NCBI GenBank assembly: GCA_963668175.1
Contig: OY764159.1
Span: forward strand, 4,384,001-4,448,000
Source: Syntrophales bacterium
GTDB taxonomy: Bacteria > Desulfobacterota > Syntrophia > Syntrophales > PHBD01
Length of the DNA stretch: 64,000 nt
Direction of reading: 5' to 3'
The position numbers were made by a program, and so were the translations under genes. Positions 22,211-35,963 of the stretch are shown here, in pieces; position 1 is the first letter of the stretch; every line of letters begins with the position of its first letter. A model generated the notes under the pieces. The model searched no databases and was not told the origin of the DNA. It worked only from the letters and a program-made list of their open reading frames with translations.

Positions 22211-22688
22211 GGAACCATTCCTCAAACCGATGACACAGCGTAAAAAAAGCCGGGCTTATCAGGCTCAGAATAACCGCCTGGGGAAGATAGATCGACAGTC
22301 CGGCGACAAGGACATTGGCATCAAAAATCAATTGATAGATAAGCACCAGGGCCAGCATCTTGACGACGGTACATACCATCGTAAAAGCCATGATGAAAGT
22401 GATCTTGGTTTTGTAAACCCGCGGAGCAACCTGCATGGTAACGAAAAACATAACGACATAGATCATCGTGTAAATCCCGGTGACGGAAGCAGTCAGTGAA
22501 TCCAGCATAAATCCGAGTACAAAACTCATGAGGCAGCCTTTCCATGTATCCATGTAAAGACCGGCATAGATCACACACAGAAAAGTTATTTCGAGGCTAA
22601 TTGTATTGAACAGCAACGCTTCCAGAATGGATGTCTGAAATATAACCAGCAGTAAAGCCAATACAGGCAAGGTGAAATAATAAATCAC
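22185..22688 (-). CDS. mreD: Rod shape-determining protein MreD
   Basis: Hydrophobic ~167 aa protein between mreC and pbp2; GFMLDSLT motif. Confidence 0.8.
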   Translation of the reverse strand: MIYYFTLPVLALLLVIFQTSILEALLFNTISLEITFLCVIYAGLYMDTWKGCLMSFVLGFMLDSLTASVTGIYTMIYVVMFFVTMQVAPRVYKTKITFIMAFTMVCTVVKMLALVLIYQLIFDANVLVAGLSIYLPQAVILSLISPAFFTLCHRFEEWFHGGVRRSA

Positions 22689-22851
22689 AAGCCGACCCCA
22701 TTGGAAGACCGGTAAGCTGCCATAGACGGCTGAACACACAAAATCCCGTCCGAAAAAGGACCATTTGAATGCCGCAGAGAGAATGGAGAAGCATTCTTTC
22801 TGAACAAAGTGGAATGGCTCCCCGGAGTATTGCTTTCTTCTTCGTTAACCA

Positions 22852-23673
22852 TCATGGTTCCTTTGCTTTTCCGAGGACGAGAACCTCTTCCAGCGACGAA
22901 AAATCGACGGCGGGCGTGACAATGATCTTCTGAAACAGACCGCCTTCCTTTTTGTCTACGCGATTCACGGTCCCCAGAAGCAACCCTTTGGGGAAGACGC
23001 CGGCGATTCCTGATGAGATGACAACGTCACCGGCCTTGATATCTTCAAGCGTGCTGACATACTTGAGATGGCATCCGGAAACACCGGACCCTTGGAGAAT
23101 TCCTTGCGCTCTGCTGGCCTGGAGGGCGGCATCGATATTGCTCTTCTCGTCGATCAGAAGCAGGACTCTGGCCGTATGCCACGACGTCTCAATGATGCGG
23201 CCGACGACGCCCCGATCGGATATGACGGGCAAACCCACCTTGATTCCATTGGCCGATCCCCGGTTGATCAGGATCGTTTTGAACAGCGACGCCTGATTCT
23301 GGTCGATCACCCTGGCGGCAATGCCGTTACGGTCGACATTCTCCTTCAAGGCAAGCAGTTTTTGCAGACGCTGGGCCTCAAGATATCCTTCCTGGTACTG
23401 AATCAGCCTTTCCTGCAGGAGTCTGTTTTCTTTCTTAAGGCGGGTGTTTTCCTCTCCCAGCCCTATCAGGAAGATATACCGTTTCCAGGCATCGCGTAAA
23501 GTGAACAGACCGCCTGTAATTCCATCCTCCAAAGGATAAGCCGTTTCAAGAACGAGTTTTCTTATGAAACTGTTTTCAAACGGCCTTTTAACACTGAACG
23601 TGAGGATTATCAGAGAAAGGACGATGAAGATGGATACCACGACGATCGGCTGATTTTTCTTTGGGAATAGCAT
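22852..23673 (-). CDS. mreC: Rod shape-determining protein MreC
   Basis: TM, coiled coil, INRGS..GVVGRI, SSGIAGVFPKG. Confidence 0.94.
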   Translation of the reverse strand: MLFPKKNQPIVVVSIFIVLSLIILTFSVKRPFENSFIRKLVLETAYPLEDGITGGLFTLRDAWKRYIFLIGLGEENTRLKKENRLLQERLIQYQEGYLEAQRLQKLLALKENVDRNGIAARVIDQNQASLFKTILINRGSANGIKVGLPVISDRGVVGRIIETSWHTARVLLLIDEKSNIDAALQASRAQGILQGSGVSGCHLKYVSTLEDIKAGDVVISSGIAGVFPKGLLLGTVNRVDKKEGGLFQKIIVTPAVDFSSLEEVLVLGKAKEP

Positions 23674-23773
23674 CTCTTTCCTGCAAGGATGTCTCTGGGA
23701 AACAACCCTTCAGGGAGCGCCCCTGAAACGGTCTATGGGTTAACGATCATCCGGATTTGACGAAACCATACAA

Positions 23774-24883
<1,110 letters not shown>

Positions 24884-25177
24884 TTATTTTTATAGCCTAA
24901 TCAAACACTTTTTCAAAGCACAAGCCCGGCTTCGATCTGTCGCGATAACCCGGACCTTGTCCTTTCCTCTCTTATCCGGGATTTTGACCTAAAAAGAGGT
25001 ATCATGTGTACTTTCCGCCAGGCATCGTCTTTATATATCTTCAAAGATGAATTGGGAACGGAGAAAAGACGGACAAGCGAGCCTCCCTGGGATAAACAGA
25101 GAGATGACAGCCGCCATGGAGAATACATCCATCGACCATGTCTCTCGACCGGCATGTGCAGCGGTTATGTCCGTCCT

Positions 25178-26449
<1,272 letters not shown>

Positions 26450-26452
26450 ATG

Positions 26453-27265
26453 TCACACATCCTTTCTTTGAACACGGTTTAATAACGGTGCCAGGTGGTT
26501 CGTAGGACCATGACCGGCGCCTATGCGAAGCGCATGCATCACTGCCTCGGTGATATACGCTTTGGCTTCTCTCACTGCCACGGCGAGCGTTAGTCCACTC
26601 GCGAGGAAGGTCGCGATCGCGGCGGAATAGGTACAACCCGTCCCGTGCGTGTCTTTGGTGTCGATCCGACGGGAGGTGAATTCGTGCCAGGCCGTCCCGT
26701 CATAGAGGACGTCCGTTGCTTCCCCGGCCAAGTGTCCCCCTTTGATCAGGACCGCACGTGCTCCTATTTGATGAATCGCTGCGGCGGCTTTTCTCATATC
26801 CTCAACCGTCTTGATTTCCACGCCCGTGATTTCTTCCGCTTCGGGTATATTCGGCGTAATCAAAAAAGCAAGGGGAAGCAATTCCCGTATAAGGGTCGCC
26901 TTGGCTTCGTCCCGGATCAGCGACCGCCCCCCTTTTGCCACCATGACAGGATCGACTACCAGTATATCGATCTTATACTGGCGGATTTTATCGGCCACTG
27001 CCTTGATAATTGTTGAATTGGCCATCATGCCCGTCTTGGCCGCATCCACGCCGATATCGGAGGCGACGGCATCGAACTGGCTTTTCACAAACTCAGGAGG
27101 AACTTCGTGAACATCCGTGACCCCCAGAGTATTCTGGGCCGTCAGCGCCGTTACGACAGTCATCCCGAAACCTCCCAGGACCGTGATCGTTTTCAGATCG
27201 GCCTGGATACCGGCGCCGCCCCCGGAGTCGGAGCCGGCAATACTTAATATCCTCTTCGGTTTCAT
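26453..27265 (-). CDS. thiD: Hydroxymethylpyrimidine/phosphomethylpyrimidine kinase
   Basis: [20 protein letters not shown]. Confidence 0.97.
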   Translation of the reverse strand: MKPKRILSIAGSDSGGGAGIQADLKTITVLGGFGMTVVTALTAQNTLGVTDVHEVPPEFVKSQFDAVASDIGVDAAKTGMMANSTIIKAVADKIRQYKIDILVVDPVMVAKGGRSLIRDEAKATLIRELLPLAFLITPNIPEAEEITGVEIKTVEDMRKAAAAIHQIGARAVLIKGGHLAGEATDVLYDGTAWHEFTSRRIDTKDTHGTGCTYSAAIATFLASGLTLAVAVREAKAYITEAVMHALRIGAGHGPTNHLAPLLNRVQRKDV

Positions 27266-27942
27266 AATTCCTGCTCCGCTGCCGGGAATATGCCCGGTTT
27301 ATAGTACCGAATGCCCAGGAGATAGCCCGACTTGACGGCGATCAGACCCTGGGCCGCCTTAAGGCGATTGCTGATTCCCACGGGATGCCCCAGTTTCATC
27401 ACCCCTCCCTCCATAGGGTATTCGAAGCCCTCCAGCGTGATGCCTTCGACAGACAACGTGAGGGGAAAGAAGGATACCGTCTGCCCTACTTCACCTTCGA
27501 GCCTGTAATTCTTGTGTACCAGAAAAATGTCGCCCCATTCGTTGACCAGAGCGACGGGGATCCCTTTTTCGGCGCCGGAGACAAGCAGGGAGATATTGGC
27601 CAGGGTATGGTCAAGCCGCCCTCCGGTCGCGCCGAAGATGTGGATCGATTCCGGTTCCTGCAGGAAGGCATACGCGAGGGCCAGTTCCGTGTCGGTCTCA
27701 TCCTTCCGCTCGGGATAACGGATGAAGCGGCAACCTTCTTCCTCAAAAAAGCGCATTAATTCAAGGCCAAGGGAATCCATATCGCCGATGATCGCTTCCG
27801 GCACCAAGCCGAGGCGATACAGATGAAGGGCGCCGCGATCGGCGCAGATCAGATCCGATCGTTCTGCAAAGGCAAGGCGGTCTTTCAGAAATAAAGGGTC
27901 CCGGATTTCTCCGCCGGAAATGATAAAAATTCTCTTTTTCAA
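27262..27942 (-). CDS. thiN: Thiamine diphosphokinase
   Basis: [34 protein letters not shown]. Confidence 0.93.
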   Translation of the reverse strand: MKKRIFIISGGEIRDPLFLKDRLAFAERSDLICADRGALHLYRLGLVPEAIIGDMDSLGLELMRFFEEEGCRFIRYPERKDETDTELALAYAFLQEPESIHIFGATGGRLDHTLANISLLVSGAEKGIPVALVNEWGDIFLVHKNYRLEGEVGQTVSFFPLTLSVEGITLEGFEYPMEGGVMKLGHPVGISNRLKAAQGLIAVKSGYLLGIRYYKPGIFPAAEQEL

Positions 27943-27954
27943 AGGACAACGCTC

Positions 27955-27990
27955 AAAAAAAAAGGCCATTTCCCCGATCCGGTTATGGCC
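27955..27990 (-). terminator. Probable expression-platform terminator of the TPP riboswitch
   Basis: GGCCAT...ATGGCC stem followed by a T9 tract, just before thiN. Confidence 0.7.
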
Positions 27991-28011
27991 CATTAAAGTT
28001 TTATTCTGGCT

Positions 28012-28088
28012 GCCACTCCCTGCGCCGGCATTATCCGGATCAGGTTCAAAGGGTATCTTCTCAGCCGGATCGGCACCCCTGTATGAAT
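28012..28088 (-). ncRNA. TPP riboswitch aptamer
   Basis: AGGGGTGC...GGCTGAGAAGATACCCTTTGAACCTGATCCGGATAATGCCGGCGCAGGGAG matches the THI-box consensus; upstream of thi genes. Confidence 0.96.
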
Positions 28089-28115
28089 GATTGTTATCTT
28101 ATGCCTCGAAGGAAA

Positions 28116-28904
28116 TCAATGATAATTTGTATTTATCGAATCGCGAATCCCGAAGAGGGTTTTGGCGTTTTCGGACGTTATCCGTTCCACGTCTTCCGTG
28201 GATATTTTCTTTATTTCCGATATTTTACGGGCCGTATGGACGACATAGGCCGGCTCGTTGCGGCTGCCCCTGTGAGGCTGAGGCGTCAGGAAGGGGCAAT
28301 CGGTCTCCACCAGAATTCGCTCCATGGGAACATATCGCACAACCTCCGTTATCCTCGCCGCCTTGGGGTAAGTGACCGGCCCGGGAATGGAAATATAAAA
28401 ACCCATATCGAGACACTGCTTGGCCATGACCGTATCGCCGGAGAAGCAGTGGATGACACCGCCCCGCTCCCGTTTTCCGGCCTTCAAAATCTGCACGGTT
28501 TCCTCATGGGCGTCGCGATCATGAATGATGACGGGAAGCTGCAACTCACCGGCTATCTCAAGCTGCTCTCCAAAACGGCGGATCTGTATCTGCCGCGGAG
28601 AACGGTTGCGGTAAAAATCGAGTCCGATTTCTCCTAAAGCCACGACTTTATCGCAAAGCGCCAGTGTCTTGAGCGTCCGATAGGTATTACCGTCAATCCC
28701 TTTGACATCGTGAGGGTGGATGCCGATGGCGGCATATACCTCCTGATATTTCTCGGACAGCGAAACGGCCTTATGGCAATCCTCCAGGTTGGTCCCGACG
28801 GTGATGATGATGCCGATTCCGGCCTGCCTGGCTCGCGCCAGGACGTCATCCCGGTCATGTTCGAAATCCCCCATCTCCAGATGGGCATGCGAATCGATGA
28901 GCAT
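28116..28904 (-). CDS. tatD: TatD family hydrolase
   Basis: IDSHAH, GIHPH, GEIGLD, IHCFSG, ETDCP. Confidence 0.95.
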   Translation of the reverse strand: MLIDSHAHLEMGDFEHDRDDVLARARQAGIGIIITVGTNLEDCHKAVSLSEKYQEVYAAIGIHPHDVKGIDGNTYRTLKTLALCDKVVALGEIGLDFYRNRSPRQIQIRRFGEQLEIAGELQLPVIIHDRDAHEETVQILKAGKRERGGVIHCFSGDTVMAKQCLDMGFYISIPGPVTYPKAARITEVVRYVPMERILVETDCPFLTPQPHRGSRNEPAYVVHTARKISEIKKISTEDVERITSENAKTLFGIRDSINTNYH

Positions 28905-28916
28905 GTCGGGTATTCC

Positions 28917-29099
28917 CTACGGCCGCTTTCCCAACTCGACAACGAATTCCTCCGCATTATCGGAAGCATCCGGAATGCTGTCGATATATCCCTTCAGATC
29001 ATCCGCGGCCAGGGTCCTTTCACGCAGCATTTTTTCGATAATTCTCTTGTCCGTATCCCCTTCAAATGTGGCTTGTTCCAGTTGCTTTTTCTTGTTCAT
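28917..29099 (-). CDS. Small hypothetical protein (60 aa)
   Basis: ATG after [19 protein letters not shown]...YIDSIPD; ends 12 nt before tatD. Confidence 0.65.
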   Translation of the reverse strand: MNKKKQLEQATFEGDTDKRIIEKMLRERTLAADDLKGYIDSIPDASDNAEEFVVELGKRP

Positions 29100-29362
29100 A
29101 CCTTTCCTCGCAAAACAATATCGCCTCAGCAAGGCGTTTTGACGTTTCATTTGCCGGCACAACCGGCGGCGGACGGCGGTCATGCCTTTGCCTTTCCGGG
29201 CCTGAACATAGATCAGAACTGGGGGATTCTGTCAACCATTTTTCAAAGCACCGAAGCGGAAACATATTGACATCCTTAGTTGAATCCGCTAATTCGCAGG
29301 TCATGTCAACAAACGGATTACCGGAAGGAAAAGCGGGCCACGGTCCGCCACGTGAGGAGCAC

Positions 29363-29848
29363 ATGGACAAACAACCCAAACAGATCATCATCTACACGGA
29401 CGGCGCATGCCTCGGCAATCCCGGACCCGGCGGTTTCGGCGTCATCCTCGCCTACGGGAAAGAGAAGAAAGAACTGTCAGGCGGGTACTCGCTGACGACC
29501 AACAACCGCATGGAACTAACGGCCGCTATTGTAGGTCTCGAGGCCTTGAAATCAAGATGTTCCGTTACGATCTGGACGGATTCACAGTACCTCGTGAATG
29601 CCATGAACAACGGATGGGCGAGAAAATGGAAGGCCAAGGGCTGGATGCGGACAAAATCGGAAAAAGCCCTTAACGCCGATCTGTGGGAGAGGCTGCTTGC
29701 CTTATGCGAACGTCATGATGTCCGTTTTCACTGGATTCGAGGCCACGCAGGCCATCCGGAGAATGAACGGTGCGACCGTCTGGCCACGGAAGCGGCCAAA
29801 GGTCGGGATCTGCCACGCGACGGGGGATACGAAACGCATAAAATGTAG
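29363..29848 (+). CDS. rnhA: Ribonuclease HI
   Basis: [39 protein letters not shown]. Confidence 0.97.
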   Translation: MDKQPKQIIIYTDGACLGNPGPGGFGVILAYGKEKKELSGGYSLTTNNRMELTAAIVGLEALKSRCSVTIWTDSQYLVNAMNNGWARKWKAKGWMRTKSEKALNADLWERLLALCERHDVRFHWIRGHAGHPENERCDRLATEAAKGRDLPRDGGYETHKM

Positions 29849-29875
29849 GATTTAAAAGAGATACCCGGGATCATC

Positions 29876-30265
29876 ATGGTATACCGACTGCTCGCCGACA
29901 TCCTGGTGATGATTCACGCGGCCTTCGTGCTGTACGCCCTTTTCGGAGGTCTCCTGGCACTCAGATGGCGATGGGCCGCAGGGCTTCATCTTCCGGCGGC
30001 GATTTGGGCGGCCGCGGTCGAATTTGCAGACGCAACCTGCCCCCTGACCGCGTGGGAGAATATGCTCCGAGCGCAGGCCCGCGCCTCCGTCTACCAAACC
30101 GGCTTCGTGGAACATTATATCCTGCCGATCCTTTATCCGGAGGCACTGAATGAAGACATTCAGCTCGTTCTCGGCGCCATTGTCCTTATCGTGAATGCAA
30201 GCATCTACGGTCTGGTCATCAAGCGATCATTTTTGAAAAGAATGAAGGGGCAGACGAATTTCTGA
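29876..30265 (+). CDS. DUF2784 family membrane protein
   Basis: HAAFV..LHLPA..W..CPLTAWEN..GFVEHY. Confidence 0.85.
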   Translation: MVYRLLADILVMIHAAFVLYALFGGLLALRWRWAAGLHLPAAIWAAAVEFADATCPLTAWENMLRAQARASVYQTGFVEHYILPILYPEALNEDIQLVLGAIVLIVNASIYGLVIKRSFLKRMKGQTNF

Positions 30266-30334
30266 TGCTCCCGGCGTCGGAGATAAGCCTGCCTGCGTCA
30301 CGGCGCTTCGCTGCGCAAGCGGCACCGATATCGA

Positions 30335-31537
30335 TTAGTACCGAAATTCCCCGCCGTCGTAAATAATCTGCCGCTCCCCCGTTTTAAGAACGGCCGTCAC
30401 CGTCTTTTTTTCCGTATTGACCAGGTCCCAGTGCAGGGCGGAATCGTTAAAGCCGAGACGCCGGCGCAGATCTTTCGTCAATTCTTTCGGATTGCCGCTG
30501 TACGTATCGGAATAGGAAGATCCCACGGCGATATGGCAGTTGCCGTATCGGCCGCCGTGGTTTTCGTCGAAGAGGGTATCGGCCATGAAACGGTCGATGC
30601 GGGAAAAGCGGCGGTCCGTCAGGGAAAACTCGCCCAGGGCCTTTGCGCCCCGATCCATGGCGATCTGTTTCTTGGCAAACGCCTCTCCCGATTTCGCCGT
30701 CAATGTCCTCGCCACGCCTTTTTCAAAGGTAATCCGGATATCCTCCACGTAATTGCCGCTCCGGAAAGACGGCAGGTTCGCAAAATACGTCCCTTCCGTA
30801 CCTCTCCAGTCGGGTGAAAGGAACAATTCGAAGCTGGGGATGTTGTGCCCCGAAATCCCGATCCATCGCCTCTTTTCTCCCGGCGTGATCCGGAGATCGA
30901 TCGTCCCCGATTCTACGATGAATGCCTTGACGGGAAGGCCGTTCAGCCATTTCTTGATCTCGCCTACGACCTTGTAGATCCACTGCCAGCGCTCGACGGG
31001 GTTTTCTTCGTCGAGATAACAGGCCCGGATGATCTGTTCCGAATAACGTCTGAGACTCGACTTGGCCTGCCTGGCCAGTTCAGGGGTCGGAGCGGTACAG
31101 AGCGTCCAGCTGTAAACGCCCTGCTCTTCACGTCTGTCGAGGATATCCCGCAACGGTTTTCTGGCCACCAGAAACTTCCCGATCTTCGCCGGATCGATAT
31201 CCCGCAAATGCGTGATGGAATCGGGGGCCCGCAGAAAGATCCTTCCGTTGAGATGGGCCATCATCTCCTTCTCTCCGGGAGGAACAAAGAGCAGTTGCTG
31301 GCCCTTGGACCTTTCATAGAAGGTCTGTTCCATCGTGCAGGTCCAAACCGGCCGTTGAACGGGATTCATACCCATATCGATCAGTTTTGCATACAGGACC
31401 TCGGCAAGCTTTACCGCCGCCGTTTCATACTGAAGCAGAACGACGTCGCCCTTCCGAAAGCGTCCCTTTCTCGCTGTTTTCAGTCCCCAAAGGAGAACGT
31501 CCGCATAACGGTCCAACTGAATGTCCGTAAGTACCAT
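30335..31537 (-). CDS. Aminopeptidase (M29, AmpS/AmpT-like)
   Basis: NIPSFELF, GEFSL, TLFDEN..HIAVG..Y, SALHWD. Confidence 0.88.
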   Translation of the reverse strand: MVLTDIQLDRYADVLLWGLKTARKGRFRKGDVVLLQYETAAVKLAEVLYAKLIDMGMNPVQRPVWTCTMEQTFYERSKGQQLLFVPPGEKEMMAHLNGRIFLRAPDSITHLRDIDPAKIGKFLVARKPLRDILDRREEQGVYSWTLCTAPTPELARQAKSSLRRYSEQIIRACYLDEENPVERWQWIYKVVGEIKKWLNGLPVKAFIVESGTIDLRITPGEKRRWIGISGHNIPSFELFLSPDWRGTEGTYFANLPSFRSGNYVEDIRITFEKGVARTLTAKSGEAFAKKQIAMDRGAKALGEFSLTDRRFSRIDRFMADTLFDENHGGRYGNCHIAVGSSYSDTYSGNPKELTKDLRRRLGFNDSALHWDLVNTEKKTVTAVLKTGERQIIYDGGEFRY

Positions 31538-31708
31538 ATCGACCACCTTTCCGTTCTGATGGATGACCTGTATATATGAACAGGGATGCGGATGCAAGCG
31601 GGACCTGCCGAGCTGCGGTGGAAACGCCGGCGACGACCGGTTTCGGCGGATTCGCTTCCCGAGCCGGAAGAATGGAATGGCCGGTGACGGAATCGACCGG
31701 GCCGGTCT

Positions 31709-32872
31709 CTACATCCTGAGGGAATCGACGATGTTCATGCGGGCGGCGCGGAAGGCGGGAAGTACGCCCCCGAGAAGGCCCATAACGAGGGCAAAAGTCA
31801 AAGAGGCGATGATGATACCGGTGCTTAAGGTAAAACTGAACGCCAATTCGGCAAAGGTTTGAAAATTGATGGTCGAGACGGTGATGAACTGCATGAACGA
31901 TGCGAAGAAAAGCCCGACGCAGCCTCCGGCAAATCCCAGCATCAGCGACTCTACGAGGAAAGCGATAAGGATGCTCCTCCTCTGAAATCCCAGAGCCCGC
32001 AGGGTGCCTATCTCGCCCACGCGGTTGGCCACGGCGGAGTACATGGTGATCATGGCGCCGATGATCGAACCCAGGGAAAAGATGAGTGTCAGGGAAATCC
32101 CCAAAATACGCAGGAATTTTGCCATCATCTCCGATTGATCCAGGTAGTATCGGGTTTCGCGCTTGGCTTCCAGGGTGAGGCGCGGGTTTCCCTCGATCTC
32201 CTTTTTCACGCCATCGAACTGTGAAGGATCCCGGAGCTTAAAGATGACGGAAGAAAAAGCGAGACGGCGAAAGGCCGGCATGATCTGATTGACGTCCCCC
32301 CATATTTCGGAACTGAAACCGGTATTGCCGGCGTCGAAAATCCCCACGACGGTCCACCGGTTCATCCCCCACTTCAGGACTCCCTGGAGGTCTACGCCCT
32401 TAAAGCCCTTGGCGATACTGGTTCCGACGATGACTTCCGACGATCCCATCCTCGGCAGCCGGCCTTTAATCAATTTGATTTGAGGCCGCAACGCCAGCGA
32501 TGCGTCCTGAATGCCCCGGACAGTGACGTTGGAAGGTTTATCGTTGTCGCGCTTGGGCAACGCAATCAACACCACAACCTCTTTGGACAAAAGCCGTTGC
32601 CCATCCATGCCGACGGCGACCTGCGGCAGCATTTCAACAACGGCGGCCTGCTCCTTGTCCACGCCGCTCATGACTTCCGAGGTGGACCCTTTCCGAATGA
32701 CTACGACGTTGTCATATGAACCGGTATCCACGAGCGTCTTCTGGAGCCCTTCAGCCATCATCAGGATAGCGGCGAAGACGAACACGACCAGGGACATGCC
32801 GGCGACGGTAAGGGACGTGGTCAGCCTGCGCTTCCAGAGGTTTCGGATATTATACGTAAGCGGAATGGCCAT
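31709..32872 (-). CDS. ABC transporter permease (MacB/FtsX family)
   Basis: N-terminal TM, periplasmic domain, EIGTLRALGF, GGVLPA. Confidence 0.9.
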   Translation of the reverse strand: MAIPLTYNIRNLWKRRLTTSLTVAGMSLVVFVFAAILMMAEGLQKTLVDTGSYDNVVVIRKGSTSEVMSGVDKEQAAVVEMLPQVAVGMDGQRLLSKEVVVLIALPKRDNDKPSNVTVRGIQDASLALRPQIKLIKGRLPRMGSSEVIVGTSIAKGFKGVDLQGVLKWGMNRWTVVGIFDAGNTGFSSEIWGDVNQIMPAFRRLAFSSVIFKLRDPSQFDGVKKEIEGNPRLTLEAKRETRYYLDQSEMMAKFLRILGISLTLIFSLGSIIGAMITMYSAVANRVGEIGTLRALGFQRRSILIAFLVESLMLGFAGGCVGLFFASFMQFITVSTINFQTFAELAFSFTLSTGIIIASLTFALVMGLLGGVLPAFRAARMNIVDSLRM

Positions 32873-34029
32873 TATCCTATTCTCCGCAAGCCGTCCGCGA
32901 TGCCGATCCTGATGGCCCTCTGTGTCGGCACGACGGCGGCGACGAGCGCAACGACGATGGCCGCCGCAAGATCGAACAGCAGCGTCTCGCCAGAAACGTT
33001 GAAGACGGGGAAATAGGTGACCAGGGTATGCCCGAAGGCTTTGGCCGCCGGGAATGTCAGGACCATTCCGCAGAAGCATCCAATCAGAGTGATGACCATG
33101 GATTCCCCGAAGATGAGAATGACGATATCCCTGGCGCCGAAGCCCAGGGTTTTCATGATGGCGTAATCGCCGATTCTTTCCCGGGTGGTCATCGCCATGG
33201 TATTGGCGACGACGGCCATAATGATAAAGATGACCACAAAGGACACGAATTGGATCGTGATAATAATCGCATCCGTCATGGCGATGAACCCCAGGTTGAA
33301 AGCTTTCTCCGTTTCCGTCAGGGTTTCGGCAAATGAATTCTTGAATAATTCGTCCACGGCCAAAGCGACCTCTGCCGACAGGTCCGGCCTGGTCACACCG
33401 ATCATATAGAATCCCACCTGATCCGCCTGTTGAGGGAACACCTTCTTGATCGTTTCATTCAAATAGTCCCACTGGAAAAGGAACTGGGTTTCGTCGATCG
33501 TTTCATCCCTCCCCTTGTAGATTCCCCGAACGACGAAATCCCAATTCCCCGGATAGATCGTCCCCTTGAGGGTTATCGTGCTTCCTATTTTCCAGCCGAA
33601 TTTGGCCGCGAGCTTGGCTCCTACAATGCAGCCTTTGCGGTCGGAGAGAAAGGCCTTCTTCTCTTCCGGGCTGACGATGAACTCGGGATAAAGGGCGAAG
33701 TACGTCTTCGGTTCGACGCAGAAGTTGGGAAAGAAGTTCTTCTCGTCGATATAGATGCCGCCGAACCAGTTCCCGTACGAAACGATTTTGACCCCCTCGA
33801 CGGTACGGATCTTGTCCTGATAGGACAAAGGCAGGGGGAAAATAATGGAGATGGCATTCCGCGTGACAAGCCTTGATGCCGATGCGGCCTCCGCGCCGGC
33901 ATACCAAGCACTGATCACCGTACGAAGAAGCCCGAAGGCCAGAATGGCCACCGCGATTCCGGAAATGGTCAGGGCTGTCCTCAGTTTATTGCGGAAGGCG
34001 TTCCTAAAGAGGATTTTCAGGATGATCAT
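32872..34029 (-). CDS. ABC transporter permease (MacB/FtsX family)
   Basis: RNKLRTALT, RERIGDYAIMKTLGF. Confidence 0.9.
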   Translation of the reverse strand: MIILKILFRNAFRNKLRTALTISGIAVAILAFGLLRTVISAWYAGAEAASASRLVTRNAISIIFPLPLSYQDKIRTVEGVKIVSYGNWFGGIYIDEKNFFPNFCVEPKTYFALYPEFIVSPEEKKAFLSDRKGCIVGAKLAAKFGWKIGSTITLKGTIYPGNWDFVVRGIYKGRDETIDETQFLFQWDYLNETIKKVFPQQADQVGFYMIGVTRPDLSAEVALAVDELFKNSFAETLTETEKAFNLGFIAMTDAIIITIQFVSFVVIFIIMAVVANTMAMTTRERIGDYAIMKTLGFGARDIVILIFGESMVITLIGCFCGMVLTFPAAKAFGHTLVTYFPVFNVSGETLLFDLAAAIVVALVAAVVPTQRAIRIGIADGLRRIG

Positions 34030-34723
34030 GGTTCAGATATCCCTTGTCCAGATGTTTGAGCAGCTTGGCCCTCTTGGCGGCTCGGGGGTCATGGGTCACC
34101 ATGATGATGGTCTTGCCGATCTCCCGGTTCAGGCGCTCCATCATGTCCAGGATCTCTTCCGCGGAATGGAGGTCGAGGTCCCCGGTGGGCTCGTCCGCAA
34201 CAAGGATGGTGGGATCGGTGACAATGGCCCGGGCGATGGCGACGCGCTGCTGCTCACCGCCGGACAGCTCCCTGGGATAATGATCCATTCTGTGGGTGAG
34301 ATTGACCATTTGGATGGCCATCTCGGCATGCTCGCGCCGTTCGGCCCGGGAAAGGTTCGTCAGGTGGAGAGGAAATTCCACGTTCTCAATGGCGGTGAGG
34401 ACGGGAATCAGATTGTAGAACTGGAAGATGAATCCGACATGATTGGCGCGCCAGTGCGCAAGTTCCGTCTCCGACAGGGCCGTGATATCGATGCCGCCGA
34501 TCCGTATGGTCCCGCTGTCCGCTTTGTCGATGCCCGCGATGAGATTGAGGAGCGTGGTTTTCCCCGAGCCGGACGGCCCCATGAGGGCCATGAATTCCCC
34601 TTCCAAGATATCGAAGGTTATATCGTACAAGACGGGAACAACCAGTTTTTCCCGGTGATAGGACTTGTATAATTGCCTGATCTCGACGATGGCTTCTGAT
34701 TGTCCGCTCATAAGGCTATCCAT
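34004..34723 (-). CDS. ABC transporter ATP-binding protein (LolD/MacB-like)
   Basis: GPSGSGKT, LSGGEQQR, ADEPTG. Confidence 0.95.
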   Translation of the reverse strand: MDSLMSGQSEAIVEIRQLYKSYHREKLVVPVLYDITFDILEGEFMALMGPSGSGKTTLLNLIAGIDKADSGTIRIGGIDITALSETELAHWRANHVGFIFQFYNLIPVLTAIENVEFPLHLTNLSRAERREHAEMAIQMVNLTHRMDHYPRELSGGEQQRVAIARAIVTDPTILVADEPTGDLDLHSAEEILDMMERLNREIGKTIIMVTHDPRAAKRAKLLKHLDKGYLNHDHPENPL

Positions 34724-34742
34724 CGGAGAAGAGTAGAGGCCT

Positions 34743-35963
34743 TCATTTTTCGGCTATTTTGATTCTTGCGCCGTCCTGCAAACCCTTGGGAGCTTTCATG
34801 ACGACACGGTCGCCGGGTTTCAGTCCGGAGAGAATTTCCGTCATATCGCCGAGCTTCATCCCCGTGGACACGGGAACTTCCCGGACTCGGGTGCCTTCAA
34901 CCAAAAAGGCGGTGACCCTGTTTCCTTTTACGGACAAACTGCCGTCACCGGCGGCCAGACGCGGTTTCTGTTCTTCGGCTTTCAGTTTCCGGGAGAGGAA
35001 TGATACCTTGGCGCTCATTTCCGGCAGCATGCGCGGGTCCCTGTCGATGAAACGGACCTTGACGAGGACGGTGGCCTTGGTGCGGTCAACCGTCGGGACC
35101 AGGGTATGGACTTCACCTCGAAACCGGACATCGGGGATGGCATCGAGTTGAATTTCACAGGGTTGGTTCATGGAAACCTGATTGATATTCGTCTCGGATA
35201 CATCCACTTCCACCTGGAGGGAATCCATATCGGCCATGGTGACGACGGCGGCCTTGGCATTGGCGGCCGCCCCGATCGGTGTCACAATGTCGCCCACATC
35301 GGCATTTTTCGTGAGGATAACGCCGTCGAACGGCGCCCGGATCAGGGTGTACTCGACTGCAATATCGGCACTCTTCAACGCCGCATTCGCCGCCTTCATG
35401 GAGGCCTCCGCGCCGCTGACCGCAGCCTCGGCCCTCAGGTAGCGCGCCTCCGCGGTTTCGAATTGGGAGCGGGCGACATAACCGCCTGCAGACAGTCTCT
35501 TGTAACGGTCGTACTCCCGCCGGGCATCATCCCTCTCCACCTTCGCCTGCTCCAGCGCGGCCAAGGACGTATTCAGACTGGCCGAGGCCTGTTGCCGGGA
35601 CGCCCTGACATCGTCGCCTTCCAGTTGGGCGACAATCTGCCCCTTTTTGACCAGCCGACCCTCTTCAACCAACATGGACACCAAACGTCCCGTGATTTTC
35701 GAAGAAACCGCCGCTTTCCTTTGGGCGACAATATAGCCGCTGGCATTCAACTTGGAAATACTCTGGGAAGGATACACCAGGGAAATGGTCGCGACGTCGA
35801 CCGTTGCGGCCGGGGCGATGATTCCCTCGACATAGAGAATCCCGAGGGTAAAAACAATGAAAACGCCTGCCAGGATAAAGATTATTTTTCTTTTTCGCTG
35901 ACCGGGACGGGCAACCTTGTCCGTTTTATCGATCTTCAACTTCGACAGGTCATCTGCAGGCAT
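34743..35963 (-). CDS. Efflux periplasmic adaptor (MacA-like membrane fusion protein)
   Basis: TM anchor, lipoyl halves (VEEG..VKKGQ; IRAPFDG), coiled hairpin. Confidence 0.92.
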   Translation of the reverse strand: MPADDLSKLKIDKTDKVARPGQRKRKIIFILAGVFIVFTLGILYVEGIIAPAATVDVATISLVYPSQSISKLNASGYIVAQRKAAVSSKITGRLVSMLVEEGRLVKKGQIVAQLEGDDVRASRQQASASLNTSLAALEQAKVERDDARREYDRYKRLSAGGYVARSQFETAEARYLRAEAAVSGAEASMKAANAALKSADIAVEYTLIRAPFDGVILTKNADVGDIVTPIGAAANAKAAVVTMADMDSLQVEVDVSETNINQVSMNQPCEIQLDAIPDVRFRGEVHTLVPTVDRTKATVLVKVRFIDRDPRMLPEMSAKVSFLSRKLKAEEQKPRLAAGDGSLSVKGNRVTAFLVEGTRVREVPVSTGMKLGDMTEILSGLKPGDRVVMKAPKGLQDGARIKIAEK

